Source of the DNA: Gammaproteobacteria bacterium
GTDB lineage: Bacteria > Pseudomonadota > Gammaproteobacteria > Burkholderiales > Thiobacillaceae
Assembly (NCBI GenBank): GCA_018820765.1
Contig: JAHJNN010000010.1
Location: 14,183 to 78,182, forward strand
Reading direction: 5' to 3'
Length of the DNA: 64,000 bases
The position numbers were made by a program, and so were the translations under genes. The notes beneath the pieces were generated by a model, which had not been told where the DNA came from, did not search any database, and saw only the letters and a list, made by a program, of their open reading frames with translations. Below, piece by piece: positions 1 through 13,605 of the stretch; position 1 is the stretch's first letter, and every line of letters begins with the position of its first letter.

Positions 1-1
1 C

Positions 2-289
<288 letters not shown>

Positions 290-302
290 GCGGTTTTGCC
301 CG

Positions 303-340
303 CCCACAAAAAACCCCGCCGAAGCGGGGTTTTTTGTGGG
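303..340. terminator. Bidirectional rho-independent terminator between convergent icd and csp
   Basis: Palindrome cccacaaaaaaccccgc-cgaa-gcggggttttttgtggg with A/T runs on both sides. Confidence 0.8.
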
Positions 341-351
341 CAGTACAACAA

Positions 352-558
352 TCAACCTTGCGGCTGGATGTTTGAAGCCTGCTTGCCCTTCGGCCCCTGG
401 CTGACTTCGAAGCTGACTTTCTGACCTTCTTTCAGGGTCTTGAAGCCGTTGGACTGGATGGCGGAGAAATGTGCGAACACATCCTCGCCACCGTCATCGG
501 GGGTGATGAAGCCAAAGCCCTTGGCGTCGCTGAACCACTTGACAGTACCTGTTGCCAT
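352..558 (-). CDS. cspA: Cold-shock protein, CspA family
   Basis: 68 aa: [35 protein letters not shown], containing the RNP1/RNP2 motifs KGFGFI and VFAHF. Confidence 0.92.
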   Translation of the reverse strand: MATGTVKWFSDAKGFGFITPDDGGEDVFAHFSAIQSNGFKTLKEGQKVSFEVSQGPKGKQASNIQPQG

Positions 559-851
559 TCAAACTCCCTCCTTGGCGTGACACTAAACATAACCGCGGTA
601 AGCATGACTGCGTTGGCGGATGACAGGACGGCGTGTTGTCCGGCCGTCGGTCTGAATTCAAGCGCGCTACCCGGCGATGCCCCTGCGGTAATGCCAAACC
701 TGTACGGTTCTTGAAACCAAACTGCTTGCAGTTTTACTACCGCACATGCGTTTTTACAAGGGGAAAGCGTATAAAAACAAAGGCCTTCGTCAGGCTGTGG
801 TTTCCTTCCAACTGGGGTGTGCCCGATAAACCGCCGACACGATGCGGTAGG

Positions 852-2027
852 ATGCGCGCCATGCGCACCCGTTGGGACATCTTCTGCACCGTCGTCGACA
901 ACTACGGCGACATCGGCATCGCCTGGCGGCTGGCGCGCGGACTGGCCGGCGAGCACGGCCTGGACGTGCGGCTGTGGGTGGACGACCTGCATGCCTTCCA
1001 GCGGATCTGGCCGGCGATCGATGCGGGCGCGGACGAGCAGCGCAGCGAGGGGGTGACGGTCCGCGCATGGCGCACGCCGTTTGCAGCAGCCGAGCCGGCG
1101 CAGGTGGTGATCGATGCCTTCGGCTGCACCCTGCCTGAAACCTACCTGGCCGCGATGGCCGAGCAGTCGCCGCCGCCGGTCTGGATCAATCTCGAATACC
1201 TCTCCGCCGAGCCCTGGGTGGCCGAACACCACGGCCTGCCGTCGCCGCACCCGCGGCTGCCGCTGACCCGGTATTTCTTCTTTCCCGGCTACACGCCGGA
1301 CACCGGCGGCCTGCTGGTCGAGGCGGATCTGGCCGAGCGCCGCGCTGCGTTCGTGCGTTCCGGGATGCCGGCGTTCTGGCGCGCGCGGGGACTGGAGGCG
1401 CCGCAGGCCGATGAACTGCGGGTGTCGCTGTTCGCCTACGAAAATCCGGCTCTGCCCGCTCTGCTCGACGCCTGGGCGGCTGAGCCCCGGCCCGTTACCT
1501 GTCTCGTGCCCGAGGGCCGGATCATTCCGCAACTGGCGGCGTGGCTGTCGGTTGCCGGCTTGCAGGCGGGCGAGATGCATCAGCGCGGGGCTTTGCGGCT
1601 GCATATCCTGCTGTTCATGGACCAGGACACGTACGACCAGCTGCTGTGGGCATGCAATCTGAATTTCGTTCGCGGCGAGGATTCCTGCGTGCGCGCGCAG
1701 TGGGCGGCGCGCCCGCTGGTGTGGCAGGCCTACCCGCAGGCCGACGCGGCGCACTGGGACAAGACGGACGCGCTGCTGCAGCACTACACGGAAGGGCTGG
1801 AAGGCGAAGCCGCGCACGCAGTGAGCGGCATGTGGCGGCACTGGAACGGCATGACGGATGCGGAGAACATGGCGGTCTGCTGGGCCGCCTGGCGGTCACA
1901 GCAGGCCGCCATCGAGCGTCATGCCGAGGCCTGGTGCGGTCGCCTCGGCCTGGCCGGCCGGCTTGCCGACAAGCTGGTTGATTTTGCTGAAAATAAGTTA
2001 AAATCCCGGGTTTTCTCAAACCCTTAG
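852..2027 (+). CDS. earP: EF-P arginine-32 rhamnosyltransferase EarP
   Basis: N-terminus [31 protein letters not shown] is the hallmark EarP motif, and the gene sits directly upstream of an efp with R32. The start is set at the ATG at 852 (861 is an alternative); the longer ORF from 633 is unlikely. Confidence 0.8.
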   Translation: MRAMRTRWDIFCTVVDNYGDIGIAWRLARGLAGEHGLDVRLWVDDLHAFQRIWPAIDAGADEQRSEGVTVRAWRTPFAAAEPAQVVIDAFGCTLPETYLAAMAEQSPPPVWINLEYLSAEPWVAEHHGLPSPHPRLPLTRYFFFPGYTPDTGGLLVEADLAERRAAFVRSGMPAFWRARGLEAPQADELRVSLFAYENPALPALLDAWAAEPRPVTCLVPEGRIIPQLAAWLSVAGLQAGEMHQRGALRLHILLFMDQDTYDQLLWACNLNFVRGEDSCVRAQWAARPLVWQAYPQADAAHWDKTDALLQHYTEGLEGEAAHAVSGMWRHWNGMTDAENMAVCWAAWRSQQAAIERHAEAWCGRLGLAGRLADKLVDFAENKLKSRVFSNP

Positions 2028-2050
2028 CGCTCTCGCAGCAGGACACACCC

Positions 2051-2611
2051 ATGAAAATCGCACAGGAACTCCGCGCCGGCAACGTCGTGATGATCGGCAA
2101 AGACCCGATGGTGGTGCAGAAGGCCGAATTCTCGAAATCGGGCCGCAATTCCTCCGTCGTCAAAATGAAACTGAAGAACCTGCTGACCGGTTCCGGCATG
2201 GAAAGCGTCTACCGTGCCGACGACAAGTTCGAGACCGTCAACCTCGACCGCAAGGAATGCACCTATTCCTACTTTGCCGATCCGCTGTACGTGTTCATGG
2301 ACGGCGAATACAACCAGTATGAAGTCGAGGGCGAGAACCTTGGCGACGCGCTGAACTACCTCGACGACGGCATGCCGGTCGAAGTCGTGTTCTACGACGG
2401 CAAGGCGATTTCGGTCGAGATGCCGACCACGGTCATCCGCGAAGTCGAATACACCGAGCCCGCCGTGCGCGGCGATACCTCGGGCAAGGTCATGAAGCCG
2501 GCGCGCATCAAGCCCACCGGGTTTGAACTGCCGGTGGCGGCGTTCGTCGAGATCGGCGACATGATCGAGATCGACACCCGTACCAACGAATTCAAGCGCC
2601 GCGCCAACTGA
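2051..2611 (+). CDS. efp: Elongation factor P (Arg32 type)
   Basis: 186 aa: [47 protein letters not shown]. The loop residue at position 32 is Arg (KSGRN). Confidence 0.95.
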   Translation: MKIAQELRAGNVVMIGKDPMVVQKAEFSKSGRNSSVVKMKLKNLLTGSGMESVYRADDKFETVNLDRKECTYSYFADPLYVFMDGEYNQYEVEGENLGDALNYLDDGMPVEVVFYDGKAISVEMPTTVIREVEYTEPAVRGDTSGKVMKPARIKPTGFELPVAAFVEIGDMIEIDTRTNEFKRRAN

Positions 2612-2690
2612 GCGCGGTTGTTGCCGATTCATCGGCTTTACAACCGCGGCCTGCCCCTTGCGGGTGAAAGTTCGGGTGCTTGGCCAACAA

Positions 2691-2718
2691 AAGGCAGCTT
2701 CGGCTGCCTTTTGTTTTT
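2691..2718 (+). terminator. Rho-independent terminator after efp
   Basis: aaggcagc-ttcg-gctgcctt followed by ttgttttt. Confidence 0.8.
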
Positions 2719-2772
2719 GGGCTCGCCCATTCGCAGCGGTAAAATAGCCGCCTGCTTTTCCGCCGCATTCCC

Positions 2773-6213
<3,441 letters not shown>

Positions 6214-6265
6214 GCGTTGCCCTGGCACCCGATGGCCGGTTCAGGTCTGGCGGGCAAAATAAGTG

Positions 6266-6294
6266 TTGACATGTATTTCGTAATATTAGAGAAT
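6266..6294 (+). promoter_or_regulatory. Sigma70-like promoter (-35 TTGACA, 17-nt spacer, -10 GAGAAT)
   Basis: TTGACA at 6266-6271 and GAGAAT at 6289-6294, in an AT-rich patch inside otherwise GC-rich DNA. Confidence 0.55.
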
Positions 6295-6299
6295 TCTAA

Positions 6300-6402
6300 T
6301 AACACTGAAGTCGCCGCAATGGCACTTCTCGTGTTGTCTCCTCCAATCCTCCTCCTTTGGTGGATACTCTGCCCGGCTCTTCACAGAGCTGGGCATTTTT
6401 TT
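6300..6402 (+). ncRNA. Candidate ~100-nt small RNA with a CU-rich (UCCUCCUCC) loop; family not recognised
   Basis: Lies between the promoter above and the intrinsic terminator gcccggctct-tcac-agagctgggc + attttttt (6371-6402). Internal hairpins are gaagtcgcc/ggcacttc (6307-6328) and ccaa-[tcctcctcct]-ttgg (6343-6360). The 73-aa ORF 6217..6438 over this region has no RBS or coding look. Confidence 0.45.
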
Positions 6403-6434
6403 GTCCGCGTGTTCTGGCTGACCCGCCCAGGTCC

Positions 6435-6710
6435 CTAACCGATCCGCTTCTCGAATCCGCTGAACAGGTCGTTCGTCTCGATGGGCTCGATCTCGACGTG
6501 GTCCACCCGTGCCTGCGGCGGGCCGCGCCGCGCCCACTCGACGAGCGCGTCGACGGCTGTTTCCGAACCCTGAACCATCGCTTCCACCGAGCCACCGGGC
6601 GCATTGCGCACCCAGCCGCTTGCACCCAGCCGTTCGGCCTCGCGGCGCATGGATTCGCGAAACCACACGCCCTGCACGCGACCATGAATGCGCAGGCGCA
6701 GCGTCTTCAT
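6435..6710 (-). CDS. acyP: Acylphosphatase
   Basis: 91 aa: [48 protein letters not shown], the acylphosphatase signature. Confidence 0.88.
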   Translation of the reverse strand: MKTLRLRIHGRVQGVWFRESMRREAERLGASGWVRNAPGGSVEAMVQGSETAVDALVEWARRGPPQARVDHVEIEPIETNDLFSGFEKRIG

Positions 6711-6717
6711 GGATGGT

Positions 6718-8874
6718 TTATTTCACCTTCATGCCCGGCTGCGCGCCGCTGTCGGGCGACAGGATGAACAGGCCGGGCGCATCGCCCGAGGCGGCCAGCA
6801 CCATGCCTTCGCTCATGCCAAACTTCATCTTGCGCGGCGCGAGGTTGGCGACCATCACGGTGAGGCGTCCCACCAGCGCGTCCGGCGCATAGGCCGACTT
6901 GATGCCGGCGAACACCTGGCGCGTGCCGAGTTCGCCGAGGTCGAGCGTCAGCCGCAGCAGCTTGTCGGCGCCTTCGACGTGTTCGGCATTGGCGATGCGC
7001 GCGATGCGCAGGTCGATCTTGGCGAAGTCGTCGATCGAGATCATCGCTGCGTCAGCGGCAGCGTTCGCCCCCTCTCCCTTGAGGGGAGAGGGTTGGGGAT
7101 AACCAGCGACTTGCCCGCCTGCGGGCTTAGTCGACTGGCTAGTTGCTCTATCAGAGGGTGAAGCGGCCTTGGCATCGCCGTGCGCCTGCGCTTCGGCGTG
7201 GCGCGCCGGGGCAGGCGCGGGCGTCGGTTCGAGGTTCTGTTTGTTGGCGTCTACCATGGCTTCGATGGATTTGGGGTCGATGCGGGTCATCAGGTGGCGG
7301 TACTCGTTGATGCGGTGGCGGATGAAGAGGCTTTGCGCGTCGTCCCAGGCCAGCGGCGGGATGTCGAGGAAGGTCTCGACCTCGCCGGCCAGTTTCGGCA
7401 GCACCGGCTTCAGGTAGAGCGTCAGCAGGCGGAAGCAGTTCAGCGCGACCGTGCAGACCTCATGTAATCGATAGACCGCTTCGGGCTTCTTCGCCAGTTC
7501 CCAGGGTTTTTCATCGGCCACGTACTGGTTGGCGCGGTCGGCCAGCGCCATGATCTCGCGCAGGGCCTTGGCGTAGTCGCGCGCCTCGTAGTGCGCGGCG
7601 ATGGTGCCGGCGGCGGCCTGGAAATCACCGATCAGTTCGAGGTTGGCGACGCCGTCGGCGAGCTTGCCCTCGAAGTTCTTGTGGATGAAGCCGGCGGTGC
7701 GGCTGGCGATGTTGATGAACTTGCCGACCAGGTCCGAATTCACCCGCGCGACGAAGTCGTCGAGGTTCAGATCGATGTCCTCCATCGAGCCGTTGAGCTT
7801 GGCCGCGTAGTAATAGCGCAGCCACTCGGGGTTGAGCTTCTGCGCCAGATAGCTTTCGGCGGTGATGAAGGTGCCGCGCGACTTTGACATCTTCTGTCCG
7901 TTCACCGTCAGAAAGCCGTGCGCGTACACCGCGGTCGGCAGGCGATGGCCGGAATATTTCAGCATCGCCGGCCAGAACAGGGCGTGGAAATACAGGATGT
8001 CCTTGCCGATGAAGTGCACCAGCTCGGTCTTGGAATCGGCGCCCCACCAGGCGTCGAAGTCGAGGCCGGTGTCCTTGGCGTATTTGGCGAAGCTCGCCAT
8101 GTAGCCCACCGGCGCGTCCAGCCACACATAGAAATACTTGCCCGGCGCGCCGGGGATCTCGAAGCCGAAGTAGGGCGCGTCGCGGCTGATGTCCCAGTTG
8201 TTCAGACCCGAGGCGAACCATTCCTGCATCTTGTTGGCGGCTTCGCTTTGCAGCGAACCGGAGGTCGTCCACTCGCGCAGGAAGGCTTCGCATGCGCCGA
8301 GCTTGAAGAAGTAGTGCTCGGAATCCTTGTGCACGGGCGTTGCGCCCGACACCGCCGACACCGGGTTCTTCAGCTCGGTCGGACTGTAGGTCGCACCACA
8401 CACTTCGCAGTTGTCGCCGTACTGATCCGGCGCGCCGCACTTGGGACATTCGCCCTTGATGAAACGGTCCGGCAGGAACAGGTTTTTGATCGGGTCGTAC
8501 ATCTGCGCGATGGTTTTGGTTTCGATCAGCCCGGCTTCCTTCAGGCGCAGGTAGATGGTCGAGGCCAGTTCGCGGTTTTCGTCGGAATGCGTCGAATAGT
8601 AATGGTCGAAGCCGATGTGAAAACCCGCGAAGTCGCGCGTGTGCTCGTCCCACACCCGGCCGATCAGCGTTTCCGGCGTGATGCCTTCCTTTTCCGCACG
8701 CAGCATGATCGCGGTGCCGTGGGTGTCGTCGGCGCACATGTAGCGGCAATCGTGGCCGCGCATCTTCTGGAAACGCACCCAGATGTCGGTCTGGATGTAT
8801 TCGACCAGGTGGCCGAGGTGGATGCTGCCGTTGGCGTAGGGCAGGGCGGAGGTGATGAGGATCTGGCGGGACAT
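6718..8874 (-). CDS. metG: Methionyl-tRNA synthetase with C-terminal tRNA-binding (Trbp111-like) domain
   Basis: [23 protein letters not shown] (HIGH motif), KMSKSRG (KMSKS), a Zn knuckle CPKCG...CEVCG, and C-terminal [16 protein letters not shown]. The start is set at the ATG at 8874; the ORF extends to 8904. Confidence 0.95.
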   Translation of the reverse strand: MSRQILITSALPYANGSIHLGHLVEYIQTDIWVRFQKMRGHDCRYMCADDTHGTAIMLRAEKEGITPETLIGRVWDEHTRDFAGFHIGFDHYYSTHSDENRELASTIYLRLKEAGLIETKTIAQMYDPIKNLFLPDRFIKGECPKCGAPDQYGDNCEVCGATYSPTELKNPVSAVSGATPVHKDSEHYFFKLGACEAFLREWTTSGSLQSEAANKMQEWFASGLNNWDISRDAPYFGFEIPGAPGKYFYVWLDAPVGYMASFAKYAKDTGLDFDAWWGADSKTELVHFIGKDILYFHALFWPAMLKYSGHRLPTAVYAHGFLTVNGQKMSKSRGTFITAESYLAQKLNPEWLRYYYAAKLNGSMEDIDLNLDDFVARVNSDLVGKFINIASRTAGFIHKNFEGKLADGVANLELIGDFQAAAGTIAAHYEARDYAKALREIMALADRANQYVADEKPWELAKKPEAVYRLHEVCTVALNCFRLLTLYLKPVLPKLAGEVETFLDIPPLAWDDAQSLFIRHRINEYRHLMTRIDPKSIEAMVDANKQNLEPTPAPAPARHAEAQAHGDAKAASPSDRATSQSTKPAGGQVAGYPQPSPLKGEGANAAADAAMISIDDFAKIDLRIARIANAEHVEGADKLLRLTLDLGELGTRQVFAGIKSAYAPDALVGRLTVMVANLAPRKMKFGMSEGMVLAASGDAPGLFILSPDSGAQPGMKVK
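7068..7100. repeat. REP-like palindromic element, copy A (inside the metG coding sequence)
   Basis: ccctctccc-ttgag-gggagaggg followed by ttggggat. It matches copy B at 15318-15356 in arms and 3' tail, and is translated in metG as ...[12 protein letters not shown]... Confidence 0.7.
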
Positions 8875-8943
8875 GGACAGGCCGGAAGGCGCAAAAGCCG
8901 CCATTTTAACGCGAGCGAGGCACGGCGCTCTATTGGCGGCCGG

Positions 8944-9546
8944 CTAAAAACGCGAGCCGGGCTGTTTCAGGAATTCGAGCTCGTCCGGTGTGGAGATGCG
9001 TCCCAGGATCGCGTTGCGATGCGGAAAACGGTTGAAGCGCGCGACCACGTCGCGGTGCTTGCGCGCGTAATCGAGGAAGTTGTCGAACAACGCGCGCTCG
9101 TCGTCGCCCGCTTCCTGCGCCAGTTGCTCGTACAGCAACACGGAGCGATCCTGCAGGTCGAGCGACTCGGCATGTTCCAGCGGCAGATACAGAAACACCC
9201 GCTCGATCGGCGCGAGTTGCCGGTCTTCGCCCGTCGCCAGCGCGGCGAGGCTCAGTGCCAGCGCCTGCGGGTCGGTGTCGAAAGCCCGCGGCCGGTCGCG
9301 GTGGATGTGGTGCGGAAACTGGTCGAGCACGATCACCAGCGCCAGCCGTCCGCGTGGGGTGGGTGCCCAGTGATTCAACTGGCCTGCGGTGGCAGCCGTC
9401 AGTGTGGCGGCAAAGCGGTCGATGACGGCCTGGTCATTTTCCGGCGACTTGCCGAACCACAGCGTGCGTTGCCGTCCGGCGATCTCGGCCGCACTGCCCG
9501 GCGGGCCGAACCAGAAGGCAAGCACGTTTTCAGGCTGATCGACCAT
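8944..9546 (-). CDS. DUF924 family protein
   Basis: MVDQPENVLAFWFG...LALVIVLDQFPHHIHR...FLDYARKHRDVVARFNRFPHRNAILGR is the typical DUF924 pattern. The start is set at the ATG at 9546. Confidence 0.7.
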   Translation of the reverse strand: MVDQPENVLAFWFGPPGSAAEIAGRQRTLWFGKSPENDQAVIDRFAATLTAATAGQLNHWAPTPRGRLALVIVLDQFPHHIHRDRPRAFDTDPQALALSLAALATGEDRQLAPIERVFLYLPLEHAESLDLQDRSVLLYEQLAQEAGDDERALFDNFLDYARKHRDVVARFNRFPHRNAILGRISTPDELEFLKQPGSRF

Positions 9547-9562
9547 GGCAGGGCTGGACGAT

Positions 9563-9814
9563 TCAGAAAATGTCGTCGGGCAGACCGTCGTGCGATCCGT
9601 CGCAGAACGGCTTGTCCTGGGAGTGCTTGCAGTTGCACAGCCACACCGTGGTTTTTTCCTTGATGACGAACGGCATCGGTTCGAGTTCGGTACCTTCGTG
9701 CGAACCATCGCAGAAGGGCTGCGTCATCGAGCGGCCGCACGAACACCACCAGTACTCACCAGGTTCGAGTTCAAGCTCGGCGGGATTGCGGTCATACACG
9801 ACGGGGTCGGACAT
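9563..9814 (-). CDS. CDGSH iron-sulfur domain protein (two CDGSH motifs)
   Basis: FCDGSHEG and FCDGSHDG motifs. AGGAG lies 6 nt upstream of the ATG at 9814. Confidence 0.85.
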   Translation of the reverse strand: MSDPVVYDRNPAELELEPGEYWWCSCGRSMTQPFCDGSHEGTELEPMPFVIKEKTTVWLCNCKHSQDKPFCDGSHDGLPDDIF

Positions 9815-9976
9815 GCGGAGCTCCTGCGCGGAAAACAGCATTCTAGCCGCATCGGGTGCCCGAAAATCCGCACGCTTTTTGTGTCAATTCAGACGACGCT
9901 GCAGCCGTCGTGGGCGCAAAGGGCGTGTACCCTGAGTCGTGGCAATGTGTGTGAGTGTTGGGGTGTTGCGGGAGGG

Positions 9977-10032
9977 GGCTGGGCACTGCCTGTGCAGGCA
10001 GTGCCCAGCCGTTTTCCCGTTGCTACGGGAAA
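9977..10032 (-). terminator. Two consecutive hairpins downstream of hupB (34-nt perfect palindrome plus an 8-bp hairpin)
   Basis: ggctgggcactgcctg-tg-caggcagtgcccagcc (9977-10010) and tttcccgt-tgct-acgggaaa (10013-10032). No clear U-tract on the minus strand, so terminator function is uncertain. Confidence 0.45.
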
Positions 10033-10043
10033 CGTGTTGCAGC

Positions 10044-10328
10044 TTACTTCTTGGCGCCGTTCACCAGGGCCTTCAGCGTTGCGCCGGCCTTGAAAGCGGG
10101 GACCTTGGCGGCCTTGATCTTCAGCTCTTCGCCAGTCTTGGGGTTGCGGCCGGTGCGAGCGGCGCGCTTGCGCACTTCAAACGTGCCGAAGCCGACCAGG
10201 GTCAGCGAGTCGCCTTTTTTCAGCGTGCCCGAGATGATGTCGATCAGTGCGCCGACAGCACGTTCGGCATCCGCCTTGGTGGATTCGGTTTTGGCGGCCA
10301 GTGCGTCGACGAGTTCTTTTCTGTTCAT
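10044..10328 (-). CDS. hupB: DNA-binding protein HU
   Basis: [71 protein letters not shown]. Confidence 0.95.
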   Translation of the reverse strand: MNRKELVDALAAKTESTKADAERAVGALIDIISGTLKKGDSLTLVGFGTFEVRKRAARTGRNPKTGEELKIKAAKVPAFKAGATLKALVNGAKK

Positions 10329-10897
10329 GTTTTAAAGCTCCTTGGTGAATGTGGGAAAGCCCGGTTCGGATTATTGTTGAAGAAACCACCTGCTGGCAAT
10401 GCCCTGATTGCAGTGTTTTCAGGGCATGCACCCGATTTTGTCGATGCCGGGCCGTGACACCTTACCGGAATCCTGTCCACGCGGATGTGCAAGGGTCCGT
10501 CCCGCGTCATGGCAGACCGGGCGAAGCAATCCATAAGGCTCGTTGAATCAATGGCTTATCGGTCGACGCTCAAACGCCGGCCCCCAAGGGTGCGAAGGCC
10601 GTGCGGCACCGCATGCCGCGGCTTGGCAGGCCTTTTCTCCTTCTGGCGGATTGTCCCGATACCCCGTCGAGAGGGATGCAGGCAGGCACCCGTAACCCGA
10701 AATCCCGCTCCGGCCGAAACCGGCGCCGCCCGAAAGCCCGACCGTCGCATGCGTTAAACTCGGCAAACCACAGGGGGAACGCAGCGTGACACCTGACCTT
10801 CAGGACACACCGCAACACACTGCGACCGGATGGAGACACGCATCCGGTTGCCGGGCCCTTGTCGACATTCCGAAAACCACACGAGCACATTCAAGGC

Positions 10898-11290
10898 ATG
10901 ACCGCATCCACCGACAAACCCTGTCCCTTTTGCCACCTCGACCCCAACCGCATCATGGCCGAGGATGAACTGACCGTCGTCTATCGCGATGGTTTTCCCG
11001 TTTCGCTCGGCCACAGCGTCATCATCCCGCGCCGCCACTTCGCCACCCTGTTCGACGCTACCGAAGTCGAGCAAGCTGCGCTGTTGAAGGCGCTGGCGCT
11101 GGCCAAGGACATCATCGACAAGTACCACCAGCCGGACGGCTACAACATCGGCGTCAACCACGGTCAGGCCGGCGGGCAGAGCGTGCCGCACCTGCACATT
11201 CATCTGATCCCCCGCTACCGGGGCGACAAGGAAGACCCGCGCGGCGGCGTGCGTTGGGTGCTGCCGGACAAGGCGAAGTACTGGGCATGA
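10898..11290 (+). CDS. HIT family hydrolase
   Basis: CPFCH...GHSVIIPRRH...GQSVPHLHIHLIPRY (HxHxHxx histidine triad). The start may be 10859 or 10898. Confidence 0.8.
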   Translation: MTASTDKPCPFCHLDPNRIMAEDELTVVYRDGFPVSLGHSVIIPRRHFATLFDATEVEQAALLKALALAKDIIDKYHQPDGYNIGVNHGQAGGQSVPHLHIHLIPRYRGDKEDPRGGVRWVLPDKAKYWA

Positions 11291-11628
11291 GCCAACGGCC
11301 CCGGCGCTTCGTCGGGGCGGCGACAATCAGCATGGATGCGCCGGGCTCATAGGCATTGGGGCCTGGCCGCGCTGCAGATTCCGACCCGAGATTCAGCGCT
11401 TTCCTACACGTCAATCGGCACTCGATAGACGTCGTTGGCGGTCGACTGCCTGAAAATAGTTTTGATACGAGAAACCTTCAGGAGTCAGCATGATTTTTCC
11501 AGAATGATCCTCGCTCGTCCGAGCTTATCAAACGCAGGAACGACCCATGGCTCGTGCGATTCGTCGACTATGCGTTGCCACGCATTTCCGTGGCCCACGT
11601 TCACAACCCTTTCATAGGAGAAGTTCAC

Positions 11629-11955
11629 ATGAAAAAGACGCTTCTCGCAGCAGCGCTCAGCGTGTTTGCCATGGGTGCGCAGGCCGACGCCGGCTACATG
11701 GTGGGTATTTCTTACAGCCTGGGCGGCCAGGCATCCTTGAAGAACCTCGGCTTCACCGCCAAGGTCCTGTCCTCCGACAGGGAAGAGAAATGGGTCGGCG
11801 CCGCGGGCGTCACCCTTTTTCCGTGGGCGGACCGGAAACTCGGACTGGATCTGGGGGCGGGCTATACCTTCGACAACGCGACGGCCCTGGTCAGCTACGA
11901 CTTCCTGCAGGTTGCGCCGCAACTCAGCGTTGGCTGGACGGATCCGGACAATTAA
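11629..11955 (+). CDS. Hypothetical exported protein (signal peptide, beta-rich)
   Basis: AGGAG lies 8 nt upstream of the ATG at 11629. MKKTLLAAALSVFAMGAQADA is a signal peptide. No family recognised. Confidence 0.55.
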   Translation: MKKTLLAAALSVFAMGAQADAGYMVGISYSLGGQASLKNLGFTAKVLSSDREEKWVGAAGVTLFPWADRKLGLDLGAGYTFDNATALVSYDFLQVAPQLSVGWTDPDN

Positions 11956-12000
11956 GCGCGGGTGGGTATGCGTCGGGATGAATTGCGACGAATAAAAAGA

Positions 12001-12077
<77 letters not shown>

Positions 12078-12150
12078 AGGCAGATGGCGGGTCAGTGATG
12101 TGCTGAACCCTAGTTTGAAAAACTAACGGGAAACGACTGAAACAGCGCGG

Positions 12151-13119
12151 TCAAAAACTTCGGTCAACCGCGAAAGCCGCTAATTGTAGCAAAGCTGATT
12201 TGGAATTTGAATCAGGTAAGCAAGAAATTGCTGCGTTGGCGGTCTGAACTTCGCGCTGCGCGACGTCGCGGGTGTAGTGCAGGGCACGCGTATCCTTGAT
12301 TGCGGCGAGCACGCTCTGGAACTCGGTGAGGCCGCCGTGCTCGATCGCCTGGCGGATGCTGGCGGCCTGCTCGGCGGTGCCGTGCTTCATCGCGTACAAG
12401 AGCGGCAGGGTGGGCTTGCCTTCGGCGAGGTCGTCGCCGATGTTCTTGCCGGTCTTGAGAAAGTCGCCGGAATAGTCGAGCACGTCGTCGATCAACTGGA
12501 ACGCGGTGCCGAGGTGCATGCCGTAGCGCGCCAGCGCGTCTTTTTCTTCCTCGCTGCCGCCGCCGATGACCGCGCCGAGCCGGCCCGCGGCCTCGAACAG
12601 CTTGGCGGTTTTGTAGCGGATGACGCGCAGGTAGTTCTCTTCGTCGATGTCGGGGTCGTGGCAGTTGAGCAGCTGCAGCACTTCGCCTTCGGCGATGGTG
12701 TTGGTGGCGTCTGACAGGATGCGCATGACTTCCATATTGTCGACCGCCACCATCATCTGGAAGGCGCGCGAGTAGAGGAAGTCGCCGACCAGCACGCTGG
12801 CGGCATTGCCGAACAGGGCGTTGGCGGTTTCGCGGCCGCGCCGCAGCTCGGATTCGTCGACCACGTCGTCGTGCAGCAGGGTGGCGGTGTGGATGAACTC
12901 GACCACCGCGGCGAGTTCGTGATGGGCGTGTCCCTGATAATTGAAGCACCCGGCCGACAGCAGCACCAGCGCCGGACGCAGCCGCTTGCCGCCGCTGTTG
13001 ATGATGTATTCGGACACCTGGCGGATGAGCACCACGTCGGAATACAGGCTTTGGCGGATGACATGATCGACGGCGCGCATGTCGTCGGCCAAGTAGGATT
13101 GCAGGCTCTCCAGGGACAC
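12151..13119 (-). CDS. ispB: Octaprenyl-diphosphate synthase
   Basis: 322 aa with LLHDDVVDES and FQLIDDVLDY (DDxxD motifs). Divergent from rplU, as is typical. Confidence 0.9.
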   Translation of the reverse strand: MSLESLQSYLADDMRAVDHVIRQSLYSDVVLIRQVSEYIINSGGKRLRPALVLLSAGCFNYQGHAHHELAAVVEFIHTATLLHDDVVDESELRRGRETANALFGNAASVLVGDFLYSRAFQMMVAVDNMEVMRILSDATNTIAEGEVLQLLNCHDPDIDEENYLRVIRYKTAKLFEAAGRLGAVIGGGSEEEKDALARYGMHLGTAFQLIDDVLDYSGDFLKTGKNIGDDLAEGKPTLPLLYAMKHGTAEQAASIRQAIEHGGLTEFQSVLAAIKDTRALHYTRDVAQREVQTANAAISCLPDSNSKSALLQLAAFAVDRSF

Positions 13120-13281
13120 GGTTCGGGCTTGTTATTGGATAAGCCCGCAATGGTAGCAGCCCTGCCGGGCTTTTTCACCGCCATGCGCCGCTTCAAATAG
13201 GCTGTCAAATGGTTTGACTTGTGTTGGCAACCCCGCTAGAATCTCGCGCTTTCCTGGGTTCGTATTGGTTGGAGACCCCCC

Positions 13282-13593
13282 ATGTACGCAGTCATCAAAA
13301 CCGGCGGCAAGCAATATCGCGTGAGCGCCGGCGACAAACTTAAAATTGAAAAGCTCGAAGCCGAGATCGGCAGCGAGATCACCTTTGATCAGGTGCTGAT
13401 GGTGGGCGACGGCGCCGACATCAAGATGGGCGCGCCCATGCTGCGCGGCGCCACGGTGACGGCCACGGTGCTGAACCAGGCACGCGGCGACAAGATCAAG
13501 ATTTTCAAGATGCGCCGCCGCAAGCACTATCGCAAGAGCCAAGGCCATCGCCAGTACTTCACCGAAGTGCAAATCGGCGGCATCACCGCATAA
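13282..13593 (+). CDS. rplU: 50S ribosomal protein L21
   Basis: [25 protein letters not shown]... Confidence 0.97.
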   Translation: MYAVIKTGGKQYRVSAGDKLKIEKLEAEIGSEITFDQVLMVGDGADIKMGAPMLRGATVTATVLNQARGDKIKIFKMRRRKHYRKSQGHRQYFTEVQIGGITA

Positions 13594-13605
13594 GGAGCAC
13601 ATACC

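Noticed and set aside
6217-6438. 73-aa ORF covering the dnaE-acyP spacer.
   Set aside because: It has no RBS. It spans a promoter-like AT-rich patch and an intrinsic terminator, and its composition is unlike neighbouring genes. It is better explained as a small non-coding transcript.
10545-10575. ggcttatcggtc string resembling the 3' end of bacterial RNase P RNA.
   Set aside because: None of the other universally conserved RNase P blocks (for example GAGGAAAGTCCGGGC, ACAGAACCCGGCTTA) is present on either strand nearby. This is judged a chance match.
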